From contig BOKX01000001.1 in assembly GCA_016861205.1 (NCBI GenBank), positions 72,539 through 136,538 of the forward strand: DNA of 64,000 nucleotides. The letters are read 5' to 3'. The stretch's first letter is position 1, and every line of letters starts with the position of its first letter. Source of the DNA: Patescibacteria group bacterium. GTDB taxonomy: Bacteria > Patescibacteriota > Microgenomatia > UBA1400 > PJMF01. A model generated the notes under the pieces. That model ran no database searches and was not told the DNA's origin. It saw only the letters and a program-made list of their open reading frames with translations. The position numbers were made by a program, and so were the translations under genes. This document shows positions 17,961 to 26,797 of this stretch, one piece after another.

Positions 17961-18974
17961 ATGAATTACCTCTGGAAAAAGCTACTATTTATCGCTCTGT
18001 TAAGCCTCTGGTTACCAGTGGCTAGCTTGGTGATGGCTGTTCCAGTTCAAGCTGCTGAAGGGCAGGTGCTAGGTGTCCACATTTTGCATCCGAGCGAACT
18101 TGACGCGGCAGATGAGCTGTTCCAGCTCGACAAAGCAGATCCCAACCAGTGGCACTACGTGACCATTCCGCTCTCACTCAATGATTTGGAGAAAAATGAT
18201 GAGTGGCAACGGTTTTTTACGGAAGCCAAACGTCGCCAGATTATTCCTTTGGTTCGGTTAACAACTCGATTTGAAGATGGTGCCTGGGTAGCTCCAAGCC
18301 GTCGTGATATCACCAAGTTAGTCAGTTTTTTGTCAAAACTCGACTGGCCGACCGACCAGCGCCATATTATCGTTTTCAACGAAGTGAACCACTCCAAGGA
18401 GTGGGGTAACCACCTCTCCCCTGCTGAGTACGCGGAAGTGTTACGTTTTACTGCTCAGTGGGCCAAAACCGAAAACAAAGGCTTCGTGGTGATGCCCGCG
18501 GCCATGGACTTGGCGGCTCCCAATGGCAAACAAACTATGGAGGCCTTTACTTATCTTGATGGCATGGTGGCGGCTGATCCAGAGATTTTTAGTGTGGTCG
18601 ACATCTGGAACTCACACTCGTATCCCAATCCAGGTTTTAGTGCTGCTCCTACCCGAGTAGCCCAGAATTCACTACGTGGTTTTGAGTATGAGTTGAAGTA
18701 CGTTAAAGCTAAATCTGGCCGGGACCTAGAAGTGTTTATTACAGAAACTGGCTGGGTGGAAAACGCCGCGACACGTCGCTGGCTGGAGTCATACTATCGC
18801 TACGCGGCGCAACACATCTGGTCTGACCCACGGGTCAAAGGGGTGACGCCATTTGTGCTTAAAGGCGATCCAGGACCCTTTTCGGCCTTTTCACTGCTTG
18901 ATCGAAACAACCAACCGACTCGCCAATACTCGGCGTTTAAGACTGCCCTGCAGGCAGTACCATTCGGGTCTTAA
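17961..18974 (+). CDS. secreted clan GH-A TIM-barrel glycoside hydrolase
   Basis: Signal peptide; FNEVN acid/base, HSYP, FITETGW nucleophile. Confidence 0.8.
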   Translation: MNYLWKKLLFIALLSLWLPVASLVMAVPVQAAEGQVLGVHILHPSELDAADELFQLDKADPNQWHYVTIPLSLNDLEKNDEWQRFFTEAKRRQIIPLVRLTTRFEDGAWVAPSRRDITKLVSFLSKLDWPTDQRHIIVFNEVNHSKEWGNHLSPAEYAEVLRFTAQWAKTENKGFVVMPAAMDLAAPNGKQTMEAFTYLDGMVAADPEIFSVVDIWNSHSYPNPGFSAAPTRVAQNSLRGFEYELKYVKAKSGRDLEVFITETGWVENAATRRWLESYYRYAAQHIWSDPRVKGVTPFVLKGDPGPFSAFSLLDRNNQPTRQYSAFKTALQAVPFGS

Positions 18975-19701
18975 GTTCTGGTGGCTGAGTGGCAATCCCT
19001 GCTGGGTTTAGCTCAGGCAGCGTAATCACCGAACCTTGCACAGAGCCTTCTTGAAGTTGCTTTACACGATATAAAAACGACCGGTGCCAGTCGGCATATT
19101 TTTGCTCAAACGCTTCAATGTTGGGAATCCCAAAGCTGGAGGCTAGCTGTCGAAATCGCTCGAGTTTGTCGCCACCATAACGAGTCAGGGCGGCTTCGAT
19201 ATCCTGGACTGTTTTGAACTTAGGGGCTTTGCTGTGATACTTGGCTGAGTACACGATCAACCACTCCAGTGGGCAGGTTGGTAAGTAGTCGCCTGGTGGC
19301 AGTTGCAAGCCAAACTGGGCGATATCCTCTGGTGTCAGTCCGACACCTTCGTGGGTCAGGGCCACCCGCACAATATCCTCACGAAAGCCCTCTTGGCGCA
19401 GGATTTCGGCTCCTACCAAGCTATGTTGAATGTATGGCTTGTCATAGGGCAGCTGCCCAGGCATCCACTCAAAACCGCCGCACTGGTAGACACCGATCTC
19501 GAATAACAAACCAGCCTTGATGACCAGATTGCGATCAAGCTGCGAGGTATCAAACAGGCCTGAGTCGTAGAGGCTCAGGGCAATTTCCATCACGATGTGG
19601 GAGTGGGTCCAGACCAGGTCAAGTAACAGCTCTGAGCTGGCGTACTTTTTGTGGAGCGTGAACTCCGTCAGGTACTGATCTTGATTGATGTACTGGGCCA
19701 T
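18937..19701 (-). CDS. HD-domain family protein with degenerate metal ligands
   Basis: LVWTHS, YIQH, GVGLT..DI, DYLP, KYHSK fit the HDIG family; the HD dyad reads FE. Confidence 0.75.
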   Translation of the reverse strand: MAQYINQDQYLTEFTLHKKYASSELLLDLVWTHSHIVMEIALSLYDSGLFDTSQLDRNLVIKAGLLFEIGVYQCGGFEWMPGQLPYDKPYIQHSLVGAEILRQEGFREDIVRVALTHEGVGLTPEDIAQFGLQLPPGDYLPTCPLEWLIVYSAKYHSKAPKFKTVQDIEAALTRYGGDKLERFRQLASSFGIPNIEAFEQKYADWHRSFLYRVKQLQEGSVQGSVITLPELNPAGIATQPPELKTRMVLPAGQS

Positions 19702-19709
19702 GGCGCTGA

Positions 19710-20270
19710 CTACTCGGTCAACTCAGCCGCTGGTTGACTCGACAAGTAAGCTTGCCAGGCTGAGTCATGGAGTAGCCCATATAGCTTACCATAGTCAGCC
19801 CAAGAAAATCCCGAGTTGGGATCGGTTTCTTGAGGTAATTGTCGGTACCGTTCTACCAGTTGTCGATATTGGTCGGTGTCTAAGTGGACTACTCCCTGAA
19901 TATCAGAACCGGGTTTGAGATCGGCTGTGGCGACTCGAGCCGCAAAGACGTGGGTAGTAAAAGTAAACTGCCCTTCTGGTGAGTTGAGATTGGCCGAGGT
20001 GGTCAACAGCATCTTGAACCGCTCAGTTGGTAACTGAATACCTGTTTCCTCAGCTAGCTCGCGTTGTGCCGCTTGGAGTGGGGTTTCGCCTTGGTCAATG
20101 CCGCCACCCAGCATACGGTAAATGCCCTCGGGATAGATATCTTTGCGAGCCAGCACAAACTGGCCATGTTCATCGATCAGGAATAACAAAACGTGCTCAC
20201 CTCGCTTCATAACTGGCGGCACGGTGTTGAGGCCAATATCGAGTTGGTGGTGAACAGGTTGGTTGGGCAT
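19710..20270 (-). CDS. Nudix hydrolase
   Basis: GGGIDQGETPLQAAQRELAEETG. Confidence 0.9.
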   Translation of the reverse strand: MPNQPVHHQLDIGLNTVPPVMKRGEHVLLFLIDEHGQFVLARKDIYPEGIYRMLGGGIDQGETPLQAAQRELAEETGIQLPTERFKMLLTTSANLNSPEGQFTFTTHVFAARVATADLKPGSDIQGVVHLDTDQYRQLVERYRQLPQETDPNSGFSWADYGKLYGLLHDSAWQAYLSSQPAAELTE

Positions 20271-20339
20271 ATGTCAGAAAGATGTCTAGTATTTCAAAAT
20301 CTATCTGGCCTATACTACACGGAACTACCGATTTCCGCC

Positions 20340-20744
20340 ATGGTGGAGTTGTTGACTACTCATCACCACCGTTCACAATCAACGCTCAGTGAGCGGGATT
20401 TAGATCGGTTCACGGCTGAGTTTCACCGAGCTGAACTGAGTGACGTTATGTACCAGCAGCGGTTGCTGAGGTTGCGAGCGGCGGTGGGGTTGTTTCTGTC
20501 GATGGTTACCTTGGTGGGTTTGGTAACTTGGGGGCCAGAGTACTTGGGTGATGAAGTGCTGAGTGCGGTGATGAAGCTCAATCTTGGTTGGCTGTTGGTG
20601 ACCTGTTTTGGCTTGGTTTTGGCAGAAGCTGAGTGCAAAAATCTCGATCTTGAGGTAAAATCCTTTACGGTGGCAGCTAGTGTGCAGCATTCGCGCTCAG
20701 ATGAGTTGTTACCACCGGCGGGTCAAACCAGCCCACCGGACTAA
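20340..20744 (+). CDS. hypothetical 2-TM protein
   Basis: Probable start ATG 20340; two hydrophobic helices. Confidence 0.5.
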   Translation: MVELLTTHHHRSQSTLSERDLDRFTAEFHRAELSDVMYQQRLLRLRAAVGLFLSMVTLVGLVTWGPEYLGDEVLSAVMKLNLGWLLVTCFGLVLAEAECKNLDLEVKSFTVAASVQHSRSDELLPPAGQTSPPD

Positions 20745-20785
20745 CGTGGGTCGGTCAATTTTGCCGGCGCTCGTCGGAAATACGT

Positions 20786-20859
20786 GGGTCGGTAGCTCAG
20801 TCGGTTAGAGCATCTGCCTCTTAAGCAGAGTGTCGTGGGTTCGAGTCCCACCCGACTCA
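20786..20859 (+). tRNA. tRNA-Lys(CTT)
   Basis: GGGTCGG/CCGACTC acceptor, TCTGC-CTCTTAA-GCAGA anticodon arm, GTTCGAGT; CCA not encoded. Confidence 0.97.
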
Positions 20860-20899
20860 CAGGTACAAAAAATCCCGTTAGGGATTTTTTTGTGCCTGT
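20859..20899. terminator. hairpin after tRNA-Lys
   Basis: ACAGGTACAAAAAATCCC-GTTA-GGGATTTTTTTGTGCCTGT. Confidence 0.75.
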
Positions 20900-21011
20900 T
20901 GGGATTGGGTACTGGAGTCAAATGCGTGGTTCGTTCTGTGCAGTTTAGTATTTTTACCTTAAAAAACCTGCACAGCGCGCAGCACCGCTGAAAATCTAGT
21001 CAGGCGAGCAT

Positions 21012-21028
21012 GTCCCACCCGACTCACA
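21012..21028 (+). repeat. 17-bp direct repeat of tRNA-Lys 3' end (att-like)
   Basis: GTCCCACCCGACTCACA at 20845-20861 and 21012-21028. Confidence 0.9.
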
Positions 21029-21052
21029 AAACATTGAAAACTGATTGATCAA

Positions 21053-21514
21053 CTAAGTTATCTTCTTTAGTTCGAGAGTTTCTAGTTTATAGCCAAGTTT
21101 TTGGTAAAAAGATTGTGAGGGATTGTTTGCTAACACAGCAACTCTTATGGTGGAGGTGTTTTTTTCTTTGGCAAAATGCTCTGCATTTTTCATCAATTTG
21201 GCTGCCACTCCCTGACCACGGTATTTTTTGTTAACCACTAAGTCAGAAATATATAAATGACCCTGTTCGTTTAATATGTCCTTTTCCAGGTAATAGGCAA
21301 TGAAACCCACTACAATTCCCTCCATCTCTGCTATCACTACGTCACCATTTTTTTCTTTGATGTCATTATTTAGCTCTTGCCAATATGAATCGAATATTAG
21401 CTCGCCGCTTGCTCTATCAGGTAGCAACCCCTTTTCATACGATTGGAGTTCAATAAAAAGAATTTTCAGTGAAGGCAAGTCTTTTGCTTGAAAAGACCTA
21501 ATGATTAACTTCAT
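21053..21514 (-). CDS. GNAT acetyltransferase
   Basis: LVVNKKYRGQGVA, FYQKLGY; AT-rich. Confidence 0.9.
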   Translation of the reverse strand: MKLIIRSFQAKDLPSLKILFIELQSYEKGLLPDRASGELIFDSYWQELNNDIKEKNGDVVIAEMEGIVVGFIAYYLEKDILNEQGHLYISDLVVNKKYRGQGVAAKLMKNAEHFAKEKNTSTIRVAVLANNPSQSFYQKLGYKLETLELKKIT

Positions 21515-21608
21515 GTATGAATTATATCCCACTTGTTAATCCACTAATTTTTAAACCGAGAAACATGGGGTTTCATTAAAGCACTTGTAATATCAAGGTC
21601 GTAGTGAC

Positions 21609-22079
21609 CTAGAAGTTTTTCTCTGAAATTTCCGATTTAACTACTTTTAAGTCGTTGCTGAAGGTGAAAGTACCTTCTAAACTATGACCATTTAAAATAG
21701 CAGGCAGCCAAAACTGGGCATCGTCCCACATCTTCAGCAATGGGAGTTTTTGTTTGTCTATCCATTCAGGTCTTATTTCGTCAGTTTCAACTGGTTTGCC
21801 ATCCCATTTTTCACACAAAAATACATGAACTTGCTGACTCCAGACGGGTTTTTGGGGGAATAAAAATGTTAAGTTGCCAACTTTCTTAAGGACAGGTTTA
21901 GTGACTTTAGTTTCTTCACTAAGCTCGCGGATCGCAGCTTCAAGCTCTGATTCATCAGCTTCAATTTTTCCGCCGATTCCCAGGTAATTTCCAGTTCCAA
22001 AACCAGTTTTCTTGTATCCCAATAAAACTTCACTTTCTTTAATTAAAAAAGCAACGGTTCGTTGACTGAGTTGGCTCAT
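21609..22079 (-). CDS. MutT/MTH1-like 8-oxo-dGTP diphosphatase (Nudix)
   Basis: LLGYKKTGFGTG, GGKIE..E..AAIRELSEE, MWDDAQFWLP. Confidence 0.88.
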   Translation of the reverse strand: MSQLSQRTVAFLIKESEVLLGYKKTGFGTGNYLGIGGKIEADESELEAAIRELSEETKVTKPVLKKVGNLTFLFPQKPVWSQQVHVFLCEKWDGKPVETDEIRPEWIDKQKLPLLKMWDDAQFWLPAILNGHSLEGTFTFSNDLKVVKSEISEKNF

Positions 22080-22118
22080 ATTGGTCGATTGTAACAAAGT
22101 CGGTTAGTAATACATTTT

Positions 22119-22676
22119 TCACACGAAAGCTGCTGGGAACCTACTCCGAGCCCACAGCAACAATGCCACGGTGTCCGATGCATGAAGTTCACCTGATGCT
22201 AGCCACTCATCCAATTTCTCGATTGGGACCAACACGAGCTCGATGTCTTCAGTTTTTTCCAACTCCTGCTGTTCGGTAATACTCACATCTTTAACCAAAA
22301 AACCAAACACCCGGACTGTACTTTTACTCGGTTCTGTCCAGAGTTCAATCAAGCCGATTAAGTCACTCTCGCTTACCTCGATGCCGGTTTCTTCTTTGAG
22401 TTCCCTGACAGCCGTTTGTTGCGGGGTGTGGCCAGCCTCAATTCGGCCGGCGGGAAACTCTAGGCAGACCTCACCCACACCGTGTTTGTACTGTCGGACC
22501 AGCACCACTTCTCGGTTCTTGGTGATGGGTACAATCATCGACACGTTTGCCAAGTTTGACTTGTAGTAGTCGATCACACTACCGTCTGGCAATCTGACCT
22601 CGTCTTGGACCACTGGGAACCACGGACTTGGGGAGACGTCGTGTTGATTGATAATGTGCCATTTTTTGTTCACCAT
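22119..22676 (-). CDS. Nudix hydrolase, ADP-ribose pyrophosphatase-like
   Basis: LVRQYKHG, LEFPAGRIE..TAVRELKEETG. Confidence 0.88.
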   Translation of the reverse strand: MVNKKWHIINQHDVSPSPWFPVVQDEVRLPDGSVIDYYKSNLANVSMIVPITKNREVVLVRQYKHGVGEVCLEFPAGRIEAGHTPQQTAVRELKEETGIEVSESDLIGLIELWTEPSKSTVRVFGFLVKDVSITEQQELEKTEDIELVLVPIEKLDEWLASGELHASDTVALLLWARSRFPAAFV

Positions 22677-22681
22677 GTTTG

Positions 22682-23386
22682 TTACTCGCCCTTTCTCAAA
22701 ACCAACCGGTAATTGGTGGCTGTAAAATCTCGACCCAGCTTGTGCGCTTTTTTGTTAATTTTTTGGAGTTCTAGAATTTCAAACTGGCTATAAAACTCAC
22801 GAAGTTCTTGTTCATCATAATTTTTTTGAAATTTGCCATTTTGCGGCCAAATGCTGCTGTTTTTCTCGCCGCCGGGTGACTGTTTCATCATTTCAGCTTC
22901 CATTTCATCTTCGGCAGCGACTACACTGACCATGGCTATACCCCCGGGTCGTAATGTTCGGTACAGCTCACGACAATACACTTCTCTACCGAGTTTCGTT
23001 TCAATATCGATGGAGGCAAAACTATCGATAGCGATGTCGAAAAAATTATTTTCAAATGGCCACTTTTGGTCCATGGCGTGGCAACTGGTATGTATGTTTT
23101 CTGCTAAACCTCTGCTAATAGTCTCGTTGGAGATAAAGGCAATCGCCTCTGGGATGTAATCCATGGCGAAAACCTCGTATCCCTGTTCGGCCATAAAAAA
23201 AGTGTTTCTACCTTTTCCAGCCCCGATATCTATAACTTTTCCCGAGAGCAAACCCATTTTTTTAAGTAAATTATGAAACTGAACCACTAAACCTGAGGGT
23301 TCCAGCTGTTTGGTGCTGCTCATTTCGCTGGGCAAGGCTTGAGCAGTCTTATGTTCATCCGCCCAAATTTGCTGTTGTTTTCTCAT
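22682..23386 (-). CDS. class I SAM-dependent methyltransferase
   Basis: VIDIGAGKGRN, LRPGG. Confidence 0.88.
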   Translation of the reverse strand: MRKQQQIWADEHKTAQALPSEMSSTKQLEPSGLVVQFHNLLKKMGLLSGKVIDIGAGKGRNTFFMAEQGYEVFAMDYIPEAIAFISNETISRGLAENIHTSCHAMDQKWPFENNFFDIAIDSFASIDIETKLGREVYCRELYRTLRPGGIAMVSVVAAEDEMEAEMMKQSPGGEKNSSIWPQNGKFQKNYDEQELREFYSQFEILELQKINKKAHKLGRDFTATNYRLVLRKGE

Positions 23387-23506
23387 TGAACCGCATTGTA
23401 ATGCCCTACTCATGACTGGTGCAAGTCTGGCTTGAATTTTCGATCTCCTTTAACCCTTTCCCAACCAAACTTTGACAAATCGACTCGTTGGTGCCTACAG
23501 TAAAGT

Positions 23507-24550
23507 ATGAAGTCCACCAACCCCCGTTCCTTTTTCATCGACGAGTCACTCCTCAAGTCCCTCAAGTTAGTCGCCGTGGCTTACTCAGAAGTTCGTCGGG
23601 AAGATTTTGCGACTGAAGGTGCTTACATCGCTGAAGTGGAAGTGGAAGAGCGGGCTGAAAGTGTCATCAAAGTTATCTCCGACCTCGGTATGACTGTCAA
23701 AGGGTATGTGGCCGATCAGTACTTCTTCACCAATATTTTGGTGGATAAACCAGATATTGTTTTGAATTTGGTGGACACCGTCCGAGGCCGTGACAGTTTG
23801 CAGCCGGCTATCCCGGGAGCTTTGGAACTCTCCAACATTCAGTACACTGGTGCCGGTTTGCGCGGCTTGGTGGTTGGTAATGACCGGCACTTGTTTAAGC
23901 AACTGCTGATAGCTCATGACATTCCCACCCCTCGTTACAAGTTCATTCGCGACCTGCGGTCCAAAGTGCCTGAAGATTTGGGCACTCCCTTGATCGTCAA
24001 ACTCAACGAAAGTGGCGGCAGTGTCGGCATCGATAACAAAGCCGTCAAAGACACGTTGGCTGCGGCCACCACCAAAGTGCAAAAAATGATCGAAACCTAC
24101 AAGATTCCGGTTATCGTCGAGCAATTTATCGGTGGGCCGGAAATCACCGCCGTGATTTATGATGATGGTCAGAAGCGACATGTCTTTTTGGGGCAGAAAA
24201 TTTTCAAAGTCAAACCAGATGGTAAGCACGACTTCACCAGCCTCGAAAGTTACGACGACGCGCATGCCTACGAGTACACAGAGCCGACGGTAGAGGTCGC
24301 TGATAAGATCAACCCACTCGTTACCCGCGCGTTTGAAGTCTTGGGGTATCGAGATTACGCTAAGTTCGATATTCGTTGGGACGAAGAGAACGGGATCCCC
24401 TACTTTATTGACTGTAATCCCAACACGGCGCTCGGACCAGACAAGGGTTTGCCGATGACTGAAGTACTAGCCATGCATGGGGTCAGTTTTGAGATCTTAC
24501 TCAAGAGTATGCTCAGCAAGCATGCTAAACTCCTGCAGCGTAAAGAGTAA
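23507..24550 (+). CDS. D-Ala-D-Ala ligase-like ATP-grasp enzyme (divergent)
   Basis: IQYTG, PLIVKLNESGGSVGI, VEQFIGGPEIT, YAKFDIR, FIDCNPN. Confidence 0.85.
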   Translation: MKSTNPRSFFIDESLLKSLKLVAVAYSEVRREDFATEGAYIAEVEVEERAESVIKVISDLGMTVKGYVADQYFFTNILVDKPDIVLNLVDTVRGRDSLQPAIPGALELSNIQYTGAGLRGLVVGNDRHLFKQLLIAHDIPTPRYKFIRDLRSKVPEDLGTPLIVKLNESGGSVGIDNKAVKDTLAAATTKVQKMIETYKIPVIVEQFIGGPEITAVIYDDGQKRHVFLGQKIFKVKPDGKHDFTSLESYDDAHAYEYTEPTVEVADKINPLVTRAFEVLGYRDYAKFDIRWDEENGIPYFIDCNPNTALGPDKGLPMTEVLAMHGVSFEILLKSMLSKHAKLLQRKE

Positions 24551-24559
24551 AATATCTAT

Positions 24560-25168
24560 ATGACAGCCACTATTCGCCAAATTACTCAAATTAGTGAACA
24601 CCACTGTGGACCAGCCGTGATTGAGATGTTGCTTGATGCCCAAGGAGTGCAGGTGTCCCAAGCTGCCATAACTAGAGCCGCCGGTGTCACAGCCACCATT
24701 CAAACCCATGGCACGCGTGTTGACCAACTGGCCAAAGCGGTGAGTCAGGTCGCGCCCCACTTGTTGTTTTGGTACAAGTATCGCGCCTCAATTGATGACA
24801 TCAAACAAGTGTTGAATCGAGGTTATGGTGTGGCTGTGGAGTGGCAAGGGATTTTTTACGAAACCTTGGAAGAACAGTTGCGGCACGGTGATCAGGATGC
24901 CGGTCACTATAGTATTGTTTCACACTATGATGATCAGACCGACCAGCTCGTCATCATTGATCCGTACCTGGATTTTGTTGATCGTGACCGAATTATTTCA
25001 GCAGCTGACTTTCTGGAACGCTGGTGGGATGACAACGAAGTGACTGATGAAGACACCGGTCGCTCGCGCTTTCAGCGAGACGAGCAGTTGCTGTTTTTTG
25101 TGACGCCTGAGACCGAAAACTTTGCAGTTGAGGATGGCTTCAAACAGTACGTGTCACTGGATGAGTAG
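24560..25168 (+). CDS. C39-like papain-fold peptidase
   Basis: Q..HHCGPA, GHYSIV, IIDPY catalytic triad. Confidence 0.8.
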   Translation: MTATIRQITQISEHHCGPAVIEMLLDAQGVQVSQAAITRAAGVTATIQTHGTRVDQLAKAVSQVAPHLLFWYKYRASIDDIKQVLNRGYGVAVEWQGIFYETLEEQLRHGDQDAGHYSIVSHYDDQTDQLVIIDPYLDFVDRDRIISAADFLERWWDDNEVTDEDTGRSRFQRDEQLLFFVTPETENFAVEDGFKQYVSLDE

Positions 25169-25239
25169 CTCTGGAAACTTTGCTTTCTTTGCCATGCTTC
25201 ATGAAATACCCAAACTCTCTTTGAGAGCTCGTAAAAAAG

Positions 25240-25944
25240 TTACTGCGTCATAAGCTCATTTACACTAGCTTCAGCAAGTATTTTCATGCTATCAAACACT
25301 CTATCAACTGGTCGTGGTGGCATGGATAACTGTAGATCAGTGCAAGCCAACACAACAGTATCAGCTCCAGCTTTTTTGACTCGATCAATAACACCCATAA
25401 GTAAGGAAGTATCTTCAGTGTTATTTTTCCATGATAGCGTTCGTTGAATAATACCTTCGATGATCAATTGATCTTGCTCGTGTGGGTAGATTGCAATCAG
25501 ATTTTGTTTTTGACAAGCGATATCATAGATGCCTGCTGTTTTTGTTACTCTTGTTCCTAAAATGCCAACTACGTGAGCCTGTTCCCTTTTCACTTTTTTG
25601 GCAACTTCTTCAGTAATGCTCAGCATAGGGACACTAATCGCAGATCGAACCGCGTCAATATGGACATGAGCTGTGTTACAAGGTAAGACAACTAACGTAG
25701 CTCCACCAACTTCCAAATTTTGGGCGGCACAACTAAGGAAATCACGAAGCTCATCAACTCGACTGACAGCTTGTGTCAGTGATTGTTCAAGAGCAAAAGG
25801 TGACTGAGTATTCTCAAGCATTAATGGAATGTGACTTGTTGCGCCCGAGGCGTGCCACAGGCGTTCTGTAGCAACGTAGAATTGAGCTGCTGTATCAGTT
25901 CCTAATCCACCAATAACACCTAATTTTTTCTGCCGATTTTTCAT
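25240..25944 (-). CDS. Asp/Glu-family amino-acid racemase
   Basis: LGVIGGLG, LPCNTAH and LACTDL two-Cys motifs; AAGGA RBS. Confidence 0.92.
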   Translation of the reverse strand: MKNRQKKLGVIGGLGTDTAAQFYVATERLWHASGATSHIPLMLENTQSPFALEQSLTQAVSRVDELRDFLSCAAQNLEVGGATLVVLPCNTAHVHIDAVRSAISVPMLSITEEVAKKVKREQAHVVGILGTRVTKTAGIYDIACQKQNLIAIYPHEQDQLIIEGIIQRTLSWKNNTEDTSLLMGVIDRVKKAGADTVVLACTDLQLSMPPRPVDRVFDSMKILAEASVNELMTQ

Positions 25945-25961
25945 ATTTATCCTTTTGGCAT

Positions 25962-25987
25962 AAAAAAACCTCCCATTTGGGAGGTTT
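25962..25987 (-). terminator. intrinsic terminator in the racemase leader
   Basis: AAACCTCCC-AAAT-GGGAGGTTTTTTT upstream of the racemase RBS. Confidence 0.88.
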
Positions 25988-26008
25988 GTTCTTACTTACT
26001 GTTTTTTT

Positions 26009-26080
26009 TCAGCGCAAGACCATCCTCCCCGAAGGCAGAAGGAAATACCACAAACTGGTCAGCGCTAAACTTTTAACCAT
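26009..26080 (-). CDS. putative 23-aa attenuator leader peptide MVKSLALTSLWYFLLPSGRMVLR
   Basis: ATG 6 nt after the -10 box; stop just before the terminator; mutually exclusive hairpins. Confidence 0.7.
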   Translation of the reverse strand: MVKSLALTSLWYFLLPSGRMVLR

Positions 26081-26086
26081 GACGGC

Positions 26087-26115
26087 ATTTTACTCTTTTT
26101 CATATGTGCTGTAAA
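26087..26115 (-). promoter_or_regulatory. sigma70 promoter of the leader/racemase transcript
   Basis: TTTACA-17 nt-TAAAAT. Confidence 0.7.
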
Positions 26116-26169
26116 GCTAATGGAGTTACCTCGGCTTCCTGTTGCCCCGGACATTGTGATAGAAAGCTT

Positions 26170-26784
26170 TCACCCAGCATTTTTTACTACCCGATCTTTG
26201 AGCAAAAAGTCGCCAAACAACTCGCGCCCAAACGCTCTAATCCAAGGGTCGTCGTCTTCGAGGGCTGCCGCGATGGCTTGTTTCGTCAATGGATTTTGGT
26301 ATGGTAGCAACCTGCACATCGCGTCCAGTGCCGCCTCGCGAATTTCTGACTGGAGCTGTGGATTGCTGAACATAGTCCAAAGATACTCGTGTGCATCGTG
26401 ATTTTCCCGAAACCATTCCTTATGGAGCCTGAAAAGCCCTGGCAAAGTTTGGTGGACTTCAGGGAACTTCACTGGGTCCCAATCACGATAGTGCGTGAAA
26501 ACTTCAGCAGGACTGAGTACTCTCGACAAACCGAGCGCGATAGTACTAGCTGCGCCCAGCCGAATCTCCTCTTCTTGGTCGCAGAGCAGTTGGTCGAGGA
26601 TAGTTTGAGCCTGTGCAAAGTGGAGAATGTTATGAAAAAAAACCTGTAAAGCTGCGAGTCGCAGTGGCAACTCTTGGCTGGTTAACAGGTTGACAGTAAT
26701 AGCCTCTGCTGCCACCAATGGACTCGGTTCCGTTTGAAAGCAGCGGTAGATGCGGCGGAGTTCAGAGTCATGAGGTGTGTTCAT
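26170..26784 (-). CDS. HEAT-repeat-like protein
   Basis: LRLAALQ, EEEIRLGAA, SEIREAALD, LEDDDPWIR repeats. Confidence 0.65.
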   Translation of the reverse strand: MNTPHDSELRRIYRCFQTEPSPLVAAEAITVNLLTSQELPLRLAALQVFFHNILHFAQAQTILDQLLCDQEEEIRLGAASTIALGLSRVLSPAEVFTHYRDWDPVKFPEVHQTLPGLFRLHKEWFRENHDAHEYLWTMFSNPQLQSEIREAALDAMCRLLPYQNPLTKQAIAAALEDDDPWIRAFGRELFGDFLLKDRVVKNAG

Positions 26785-26797
26785 AGGGAAATCATCA

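Noticed and set aside
21053-23386. Integron cassette array
   Set aside because: No attC-like RYYYAAC...GTTRRRY sites or integrase; genes have their own -10 boxes
23585-24265. 226-aa antisense ORF and similar shadow ORFs throughout
   Set aside because: Fully nested opposite well-supported genes, no motifs
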